64,000 nucleotides of DNA from Thalia democratica (Eukaryota): contig OZ241828.1 in the NCBI GenBank assembly GCA_965202585.1, positions 45,446,001 through 45,510,000 of the forward strand, read 5' to 3'. Below, in pieces: positions 12,001 to 21,894 of this stretch. Under the pieces are notes generated by a model, which had not been told where the DNA came from, searched no databases, and was given only the letters and a program-made list of their open reading frames with translations. The position numbers and the translations under genes are program-made. Numbering within the stretch: the stretch's first letter is position 1; the number at the start of each line of letters is the position of its first letter.

Positions 12001-15000
12001 GCTGACGGTGAAACCGGATACGGCAAGGGCATGTACTACGGTCAACCATCCGGAATGATGTGGCCAGGAATGGACGGAAAGATCCACTCTGACGCTGACG
12101 TCAACGCTCTCACCGACGGAGCCAAGATCATCTTCGGTGATGACAGCGACAAGGACGGCTCATACCCATACGGTACATTCAAGGCAACTCATGACGCTAA
12201 GGCTGCTTCAGACGCCGAAGCCTACGCTCCATTCGATGCCCACGGTGACTTCAAGGGAGGAGACTACTACGGCAAGGGCGGAAAGCAAGGTATGATTGTT
12301 GTCGGAGGTGCCGACGTTGACGGTAAGGCCCACGCTGACGGCGAGACCGGATACGGCAAGGAAATGTACTACGGTCAACCATCCGGCATGATGTGGCCAG
12401 GAATGGACGGAAAGATCCACTCTGATGCCGACGTCAACGCTCTCACCGACGGAACCAAGATCATCTTCGGTGATGACAGCGACAAGGACGGCGAATACCC
12501 ATACGGTACATTCAAGGCAACTGGTGACGCTAAAGCTGCTTCAGACGCCGAAGCCTACGCTCCATTCGATGCCCACGGTGACTTCAAGGGAGGAGACTAC
12601 TACGGCAAGGGCGGAAAGCAAGGTATGATTGTTGTCGGAGGTGCCGACGTTGACGGTAAGGCCCACGCTGACGGCGAGACCGGATACGGCAAGGGCATGT
12701 ACTACGGTCAACCATCCGGCATGATGTGGCCAGGAATGGACGGAAATATCCACTCTGATGCCGACGTCAACGCTCTCACCGACGGAACCAAGATCATCTT
12801 CGGTGATGACAGCGACAAGGCCGGCTCATACCCATACGGTACATTCAAGGCAACTGGTGACGCTAAGGCTGCTTCAGACGCCGAAGCCTACGCTCCATTC
12901 GATGTCCACGGTGACTTCAAGGGAGGAGATAACTACGGCAAGGACGGCAAGCAAGGTATGATTGTTGTCGGAGGTGCCGATGTTGACGGTAAGACCTACG
13001 CTGACGGTGAAACCGGATACGGCAAGGGCATGTACTACGGTCAACCATCCGGAATGATGTGGCCAGGAATGGACGGAAAGATCCACTCTGACGCTGACGT
13101 CAACGCTCTCACCGACGGAGCCAAGATCATCTTCGGTGATGACAGCGACAAGGACGGCTCATACCCATACGGTACATTCAAGGCAACTCATGACGCTAAG
13201 GCTGCTTCAGACGCCGAAGCCTACGCTCCATTCGATGCCCACGGTGACTTCAAGGGAGGAGACTACTACGGCAAGGGCGGAAAGCAAGGTATGATTGTTG
13301 TCGGAGGTGCCGACGTTGACGGTAAGGCCCACGCTGACGGCGAGACCGGATACGGCAAGGGCATGTACTACGGTCAACCATCCGGCATGATGTGGCCAGG
13401 AATGGACGGAAAGATCCACTCTGATGCCGACGTCAACGCTCTCACCGACGGAACCAAGATCATCTTCGGTGATGACAGCGACAAGGACGGCGAATACCCA
13501 TACGGTACATTCAAGGCAACTGGTGACGCTAAAGCTGCTTCAGACGCCGAAGCCTACGCTCCATTCGATGCCCACGGTGACTTCAAGGGAGGAGACTACT
13601 ACGGCAAGGGCGGAAAGCAAGGTATGATTGTTGTCGGAGGTGCCGACGTTGACGGTAAGGCCCACGCTGACGGCGAGACCGGATACGGCAAGGGCATGTA
13701 CTACGGTCAACCATCCGGCATGATGTGGCCAGGAATGGACGGAAATATCCACTCTGATGCCGACGTCGACGCTCTCACCGACGGAACCAAGATCATCTTC
13801 GGTGATGACAGCGACAAGGCCGGCTCATACCCATACGGTACATTCAAGGCAACTGGTGACGCTAAGGCTGCTTCAGACGCCGAAGCCTACGCTCCATTCG
13901 ATGCCCACGGTGACTTCAAGGGAGGAGACTACTACGGCAAGGGCGGAAAGCAAGGTATGATTGTTGTCGGAGGTGCCGATGTTGACGGTAAGGCCCACGC
14001 TGACGGCGAGACCGGATACGGCAAGGGCATGTACTACGGTCAACCATCCGGCATGATGTGGCCAGGAATGGACGGAAAGATCCACTCTGATGCCGACGTC
14101 AACGCTCTCACCGACGGAACCAAGATCATCTTCGGTGATGACAGCGACAAGGACGGCGAATACCCATACGGTACATTCAAGGCAACTCATGACGCTAAGG
14201 CTGCTTCAGACGCCGAAGCCTACGCACCATTCGATGCCCACGGTGACTTCAAGGGAGGAGACTACTACGGCAAGGGCGGAAAGCAAGGTATGATTGTTGT
14301 CGAAGGTGCCGATGTTGACGGTAAGGCCCACGCTGACGGCGAGACCGGATACGGCAAGGGCATGTACTACGGTCAACCATCCGGCATGATGTGGCCAGGA
14401 ATGGACGGAAAGATCCACTCTGATGCCGACGTCAACGCTCTCACCGACGGAACCAAGATCATCTTCGGTGATGACAGCGACAAGGACGGCGAATACCCAT
14501 ACGGTACATTCAAGGCAACTGGTGACGCTAAAGCTGCTTCAGACGCCGAAGCCTACGCTCCATTCGATGCCCACGGTGACTTCAAGGGAGGAGACTACTA
14601 CGGCAAGGGCGGAAAGCAAGATATGATTGTTGTCGGAGGTGCCGATGTTGACGGTAAGGCCCACGCTGACGGCGAGACCGGATACGGCAAGGGCATGTAC
14701 TACGGTCAACCATCCGGCATGATGTGGCCAGGAATGGACGGAAAAATCCACTCTGATGCCGACGTCAACGCTCTCACCGACGGAACCAAGATCATCTTCG
14801 GTGATGACAGCGACAAGGACGGCTCATACCCATACGGTACATTCAAGGCAACTCATGACTCAAAGGCTGCTTCAGACGCCGAAGCCTACGCTCCATTCGA
14901 TGCCCACGGTGACTTCAAGGGAGGAGACTACTACGGCAAGGGCGGAAAGCAAGGTATGATTGTTGTCGGAGGTGCCGATGTTTACGGTAAGGCCCACGCT

Positions 15001-18000
15001 GACGGCGAGACCGGATACGGCAAGGGCATGTACTACGGTCAACCATCCGGCATGATGTGGCCAGGAATGGACGGAAAGATCCACTCTGATGCCGACGTCA
15101 ACGCTCTCACCGACGGAACCAAGATCATCTTCGGTGATGACAGCGACAAGGACGGCGAATACCCATACGGTACATTCAAGGCAACTGGTAACGCTAAAGC
15201 TGCTTCAGACGCCGAAGCCTACGCTCCATTCGATGCCCACGGTGACTTCAAGGGAGGAGACTACTACGGCAAGGGCGGAAAGCAAGGTATGATTGTTGTC
15301 GGAGGTGCCGACGTTGACGGTAAGGCCCACGCTGACGGCGAGACCGGATACGGCAAGGGCATGTACTACGGTCAACCATCCGGCATGATGTGGCCAGGAA
15401 TGGACGGAAAGATCCACTCTGACGCTGACGTCAACGCTCTCACCGACGGAACCAAGATCATCTTCGGTGATGACAGCGACAAGGCCGGCTCATACCCATA
15501 CGGTACATTCAAGGCAACTGGTGACGCTAACGCTGCTTCAGACGCCGAAGCCTACGCTCCATTCGATGCCCACGGTGACTTCAAGGGAGGAGACTACTAC
15601 GGCAAGGGCGGAAAGCAAGGTATGATTGTTGTCGGAGGTGCCGATGTTGACGGTAAGGCCCACGCTGACGGCGAGACCGGATACGGCAAGGGCATGTACT
15701 ACGGTCAACCATCCGGCATGATGTGGCCAGGAATGGACGGAAAGATCCACTCTGACGCTGATGTCAACGCTCTCACCGACGGAACCAAGATCATCTTCGG
15801 TGATGACAGCGACAAGGACGGCGAATACCCATACGGTACATTCAAGGCAACTCATGACGCTAAGGCTGCTTCAGACGCCGAAGCCTTTGCTCCATTCGAT
15901 GCCCACGGTGACTTCAAGGGAGGAGACTACTACGGCAAGGGCGGAAAGCAAGGTATGATTGTTGTCGGAGGTTCCGACGTTGACGGTAAGGCCCACGCTG
16001 ACGGCGAGACCGGATACGGCAAGGGCATGTACTACGGTCAACCATCCGGCATGATGTGGCCAGGAATGGACGGAAAGATCCACTCTGATGCCGACGTCAA
16101 CGCTCTCACCGACGGAACCAAGATCATCTTCGGTGATGACAGCGACAAGGACGGCGAATACCCATACGGTACATTCAAGGCAACTCATGACGCTAAGGCT
16201 GCTTCAGACGCCGAAGCCTACGCTCCATTCGATGTCCACGGTGACTTCAAGGGAGGAGATAACTACGGCAAGGACGGCAAGCAAGGTATGATTGTTGTCG
16301 GAGGTGCCGATGTTGACGGTAAGACCTACGCTGACGGTGAAACCGGATACGGCAAGGGCATGTACTACGGTCAACCATCCGGAATGATGTGGCCAGGAAT
16401 GGACGGAAAGATCCACTCTGACGCTGACGTCAACGCTCTCACCGACGGAGCCAAGATCATCTTCGGTGATGACAGCGACAAGGACGGCGAATACCCATAC
16501 GGTACATTCAAGGCAACTCATGACGCTAAGGCTGCTTCAGACGCCGAAGCCTACGCTCCATTCGATGCCCACGGTGACTTCAAGGGAGGAGACTACTACG
16601 GCAAGGGCGGAAAGCAAGGTATGATTGTTGTCGGAGGTGCCGATGTTGACGGTAAGGCCCACGCTGACGGCGAGACCGGATACGGCAAGGGCATGTACTA
16701 CGGTCAACCATCCGGCATGATGTGGCCAGGAATGGACGGAAAGATCCACTCTGATGCCGACGTCAACGCTCTCACCGACGGAACCAAGATCATCTTCGGT
16801 GATGACAGCGACAAGGACGGCTCATACCCATACGGTACATTCAAGGCAACTGGTGACGCTAAGGCTGCTTCAGACGCCGAAGCCTACGCTCCATTCGATG
16901 TCCACGGTGACTTCAAGGGAGGAGATAACTACGGCAAGGACGGCAAGCAAGGTATGATTGTTGTCGGAGGTGCCGATGTTGACGGTAAGGCCTACGCTGA
17001 CGGTGAGACCGGATACGGCAAGGGCATGTACTACGGTCAACCATCCGGCATGATGTGGCCAGGAATGGACGGAAAGATCCACTCTGATGCCGACGTCAAC
17101 GCTCTCACCGACGGAACCAAGATCATCTTCGGTGATGACAGCGACAAGGACGGCTCATACCCATACGGTACATTCAAGGCAACTGGTGACGCTAAGGCTG
17201 CTTCAGACGCCGAAGCCTACGCTCCATTCGATGTCCACGGTGACTTCAAGGGAGGAGATAACTACGGCAAGGACGGCAAGCAAGGTATGATTGTTGTCGG
17301 AGGTGCCGATGTTGACGGTAAGGCCTACGCTGACGGTGAAACCGGATACGGCAAGGGCATGTACTACGGTCAACCATCCGGAATGATGTGGCCAGGAATG
17401 GACGGAAAGATCCACTCTGATGCCGACGTCAACGCTCTCACCGACGGAACCAAGATCATCTTCGGTGATGATAGCGACAAGGACGGCTCATACCCATACG
17501 GTACATTCAAGGCAACTCATGACGCTAAGGCTGCTTCAGACGCCGAAGCCTACGCTCCATTCGATGCCCACGGTGACTTCAAGGGAGGAGACTACTACGG
17601 CAAGGGCGGAAAGCAAGGTATGATTGTTGTCGGAGGTGCCGATGTTGACGGTAAGGCCTACGCTGACGGTGAAACCGGATACGGCAAGGGCATGTACTAC
17701 GGTCAACCATCCGGCATGATGTGGCCAGGAATGGACGGAAAGATCCACTCTGACGCTGACGTCAACGCTCTCACCGACGGAACCAAGATCATCTTCGGTG
17801 ATGACAGCGACAAGGACGGCTCATACCCATACGGTACATTCAAGGCAACTCATGACGCTAAGGCTGCTTCAGACGCCGAAGCCTACGCTCCATTCGATGC
17901 CCACGGTGACTTCAAGGGAGGAGACTACTACGGCAAGGGCGGAAAGCAAGGTATGATTGTTGTCGGAGGTGCCGATGTTGACGGTAAGGCCCACGCTGAC

Positions 18001-18283
18001 GGCAAGACCGGATACGGCAAGGGCATGTACTACGGTCAACCATCCGGCATGATGTGGCCAGGAATGGACGGAAAGATCCACTCTGATGCCGACGTCAACG
18101 CTCTCACCGACGGAACCAAGATCATCTTCGGTGATGACAGCGACAAGGACGGCGAATACCCATACGGTACATTCAAGGCAACTCATGACGCTAAGGCTGC
18201 TTCAGACGCCGAAGCCTACGCTCCATTCGATGCCCACGGTGACTTCAAGGGAGGAGACTATTACGGAAAGGGCGGAAAGCAAG
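1..18283 (+). CDS. Exon A (5'-truncated) of a giant tandem-repeat protein: ~55 copies of a 111-aa Gly/Asp/Ala/Lys/Tyr-rich unit; family not recognised
   Basis: Frame +1 is open from base 1 (ggt aag gcc cac...), so the ATG at 43 is just the repeat-internal Met. There are no stops or indels across the array. The track ORF runs on to 18318 (tail MSIHFYSFNF*) only by reading into AT-rich sequence past the GT donor at 18284. Confidence 0.9.
1400..10200 (+). repeat. 13-unit (4329-bp) higher-order tandem duplication (approximate ends)
   Basis: Rare variants recur at +4329: 2921/7250, 3423/7752, 3956/8285, 5088/9417, 5568/9897. Confidence 0.9.
9100..16460 (+). repeat. Second block repeated at the same 13-unit offset (~9.1-12.1 kb vs ~13.4-16.5 kb)
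   Basis: Variants recur at +4329: 9417/13746, 9897/14226, 10531/14860, 10861/15190, 11557/15886, 11644/15973, 11906/16235, 12121/16450. Confidence 0.88.
11850..13880 (+). repeat. 3-unit (999-bp) tandem duplication
   Basis: Variants recur at +999: 11906/12905, 12121/13120, 12747/13746. Confidence 0.85.
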
Positions 18284-18289
18284 GTATGT
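18281..18289 (+). promoter_or_regulatory. 5' splice donor AAG|GTATGT
   Basis: Close match to the U2-type donor consensus AG|GTRAGT/GTATGT. It differs from the repeat-internal AAG|GTATGA only at +6 and coincides with the GC-to-AT composition step. Confidence 0.88.
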
Positions 18290-21200
18290 CAATTCACTTT
18301 TATTCTTTTAACTTTTAGATTTAGCGCTACATAGATCTAAAAATATTTAGATTTCGTTATTTTATTTTATTTATAACCTGTCTGTGGTGTTTTTAGTAAA
18401 GTTGAATTTTGTATATTCAACGATATGTATCATATTTATTATTATTTTTATAGAATTAGTTTTTACTTTATTAGGTTTTTTCAATGATTTATTTTTCAAA
18501 AAATTTTTCCAGCCACCCTTAAATTTTTTGTTAACTCATATTTTTTCTTTCTTTGCTTACTAAATCTTTACGTTATAAAAAAAATTAAATCATTTTCTTA
18601 ATTAGTTAGTTTTTATTTCTTTGTTATACGTACCATGTCATTCCGTCAACTTTTGAAGCGAGAAATCTTATTTTGACTAACTTTTGATTTTTTACGATAC
18701 CGGTCATATGTTTGTTTAAGAAATCTATGATAATTTTTTCTATTTAGTAAGTTATGATTTTTATTTACTTTTTAATTAGACTTTATGAAATAAAGCTTTA
18801 GTTATTAAAATTGCTTAATTCTAAAATTAATTACTATTATTTCTGAAGGGAGATTGTTTGTCTGAATATTTAGCAACTAAGAAATATTTATTTCTAAAGG
18901 AACTTGATTATCTAATTATTTAGCAATTAGGAACTATTTTCTATTGCATTTTTTGAAAAATTACGTTTTACTCTGTAATTATAATTGCACATATATAGAT
19001 AAACAGACTATTACATATTTCTCTTAAAGTATATATTTTAGTTAAACTTTAGTTTCAACTTAAAACTAACAATAAAAACTATAGCAGACAACATGAGAAC
19101 TGTATTGAAATTGAACAGTACTATTTTTTGTTTTACTTTAACAGATGTAGAATATATTCTTCAATTTGTTACGTATAGTAGTATTTTTTGTTAGAGGATT
19201 GTTGTAGATTTTATTTCGAAAACTTTATTTATAACCATGTTTTAGTCGATTGTTTTGATTTATTTGAATTAATGATATTAGTTTAACACTTACTCAGGTC
19301 TTAGATTAAAAAGTCTTAACATCTATACATTTTATAGTAAATTAGTTTTGTTATAAGTTTTGTTTTTTTAATAAATGTACCTTTTTGGTGATAAGCTTCA
19401 AAATGTGGTTTGTAAGTTGTTTTTTAGCTAAATATTCTTAAAACAATTTTTAATTTAATATTTGCTTTTCACTAATAATTTAATTTCAATAAAGTTTTTT
19501 TAACTGCTTTTAAAAATAGAAACTTTAATAACTCAAAACATTTGATTTCTTTTAACTTGCTTGATATTTATGGCAATAGTTAACTGATTTTGATAAAATT
19601 ATCTTATTTATGATAATTTTTTTTACAAAAAAAGAGTGTTTTTGTTACTAAAAAATTTTTCGTCTGACTAAGCAGTACAAAAAGCGTAAGAACCATTTAG
19701 ATAATTCTTTAGTGTTGTTTTAAAAAGAAACACTTTACTTATATTTTTATATAAGTTTTATTTTAATTAAAATGTTCTACTAGCAGGTTATATCAACCCA
19801 AAAATTTTAAGTTAAAATGTCTTTTTCCATTATATGCACGCTTAAAATATCTTTTTTGTAATAAAACAATAGTTTTTTATAAAATTAATTTGGCTTATGT
19901 ACTTCTATATGGATGGTAATTTACTAGTGTATTATGTTCTTTTAGTTGTTTTAATGTTCAACAATTAGTTTTATGTACTTTCATCGTTTCAATACGATGC
20001 TTAAGTATGTAAAAAATAATAAGTTTTGTATAATTTCCTATAACGTTATTTATTATGGCTTAAGAAAAAATTCTAACTTATTTATAAGTTTTTTTTTTTA
20101 TAAATAGCAACTTAGTGGTTTTCATAGTTTTAAAACTTCTTAGTTTGTGTGCTTTATTAGATACACTAGATATAATCTATGAAAAATAATAGAAGAAGTC
20201 ATTACATCTGCATAACTAATAGCTAATGTTTAGATACAATACACTAATTAGGAAATAAATTAAAAAGTTTAAATAAGAAGACTTTTTGTGTGTTTGTTAG
20301 TAATGACGATTATGTCTTAAAATAGCGTCATATTAGTTTTAATGTGTACAAAATACAATTTTTTAAAGGATTTTATTCTGTTATAAAAAACTATGAGTGT
20401 TATGTTTTAAGATATTTAATTAAGGTACTTTCTAAAGTCAATAAAGATGAAATTGCTCTCCACGAATAGGCTTCTTTTAATTTCTTGATAATCAACAACT
20501 TTCTTGTGTGGTTGAAACGAAAAACTGCTCAACAATTTTTCTTAACAACTGTGCGTTTTCAAAACTTATTGAATTTTTACAACGTCTGAAAAATACAACC
20601 CTTTTTTGATATTCAGAACCTTTCTTGTATGGATAACAAAGGGAAAAAAACAACGCAAAAACATTTCTTTACAACTGCGTGATTGATAAATTTTATGGTT
20701 TTTAAACAGTTTCATAAACATAACATCCCTTTTTAATAAAAAACTTATTTATTTTTACAACAACTTGTTTTCAAAATTTTTAAGAAAAATAATACTTTAG
20801 TTGCATTATTTAAATATTAAAATTAAGTATACAACAACATTACATCATTACTGTTTGTTGTAAAAAAGTATGTACTGTTCATTTTACGCTAATAGATTAA
20901 TATTTTAATTATAATGCTAATAAATAAACTATTCTAAGTTAGAGGTGGGCAATGCATGGTCCGTAGGCATGCAGAAATTTTGTCTCTTGATTTATTTTTA
21001 GCTTAAAAACTACCTGGGAAAAACAAATAATAATTGGCTTCTATTAACAAGTGTTTTGAATTGTGACTATGTGTGATTTATGGTACACAATAGTGTTTGT
21101 TGAATAATCATTGCAGTTCAACTTTGCTTATTAAGTGTATGTTTTTGATTTAATACAAATATAAAATAAAACAAAGTTTTAGCTAAAAATCCTCCAGAGA

Positions 21201-21548
21201 AAACGATATTTTGTAATAAAGAGCTAATTAAAAAAATCTAGAAAAGTTGTCTCTTTATGCTTTATAAAAGTTTTTTAAATAAAATGCATATAAAGAAACT
21301 TTAATTGTTAGATTTATAAAAACGTAAGGAATGCACAGACTATTCATAATAAATTATCTCGCTCAAGAACTTTTTATAGAAAACCGCACCCACAAAAAGA
21401 AAACTTATCCATTTTTATAACAATAAAAAACTTATCTAGTTAGTTTATTAAAAAACTAAATACTTTAATAATAAAAATTACAAAAAAAATCTCTCTTTCC
21501 AATATCTTTTTAAAGTTTTTAATATACATTAAACCGTAATAATTCTAG
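18284..21548 (+). other. Spliceosomal GT-AG intron, 3265 bp, phase 1
   Basis: Starts GTATGT exactly where repeat identity stops and ends TTCTAG exactly where repeat-homologous coding resumes. It is very AT-rich and has no internal ORF in the track. Joining G(18283) to GT(21549-21550) rebuilds the Gly codon that starts the unit and converts frame +1 to frame +2, the frame of array 2. Confidence 0.88.
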
Positions 21549-21550
21549 GT
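21490..21550 (+). promoter_or_regulatory. 3' splice acceptor TTCTAG|GT with upstream pyrimidine-rich stretch
   Basis: AG at 21547-21548, preceded by ctctctttcc...ctttt...gttttt (21491-21520). There is an in-frame TAA at 21530-21532 just upstream and no in-frame ATG until 21959, so the downstream frame is best read as an internal exon rather than a new gene start. Confidence 0.8.
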
Positions 21551-21894
21551 TCAGTAATTGTCGGAAAGACTAACGTAGACGGAAAAGCATACAGTGATAC
21601 TAAATCCTTGTTGGATGATGCTGTTTACTATGGAAAATCTGAAAATACACTTTGGCCAGAAATTGTCAAAAATTTAAAAACGGATGTTGCAGCTAAATAT
21701 AACGACGATGGAATTACATACAGTTTGAATAATCTTCATGGGAATACAAATAAATTGCTTGAATCTGTATTATCATCTAAGTCAGTATTAGATGCAAGTT
21801 CTAATACAAATGCCAATTCAAATAAAGAAATATATGGTAGCTTTACCGGGGACGACTTTTATAAACAAATAAAACAAAACAGTAAAATTGTTAC
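21549..21894 (+). repeat. Single highly diverged, AT-rich copy of the repeat unit (112 codons)
   Basis: Translates as GSVIVGKTNVDGKAYSDTKSLLDDAVYYGKSENTLWPEIVKNLKTDVAAKYNDDG...IYGSFTGDDFY. This aligns colinearly with GMIVVGGADVDGKAYADGETGYGKGMYYGQPSGMMWPGMDGKIHSDADVNALTDG...VHGDFKGGDNY. Confidence 0.9.

Larger units (their letters stand above)
1..18288 (+). repeat. Coding tandem array 1 (A-type consensus), 333-bp unit, ~55 copies
   Basis: Head-to-tail 333-bp periodicity. Typical unit carries gcc cac...gac tac tac ggc aag ggc gga...gcc cac gct gac ggc gag (DAHG, DYYGKGG, KAHAD). Confidence 0.99.

Noticed and set aside
18284-18318. C-terminus MSIHFYSFNF* and stop of the 6091-aa track ORF
   Set aside because: Read-through into the intron. 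Composition changes abruptly at the GT donor, and splicing restores the repeat register.
20953-20973. TGCATG-N9-CATGCA hairpin in a short GC-richer patch of the intron
   Set aside because: A 6-bp stem is too short to be distinguished from chance, and I see no TIR/TSD or RNA-gene context.
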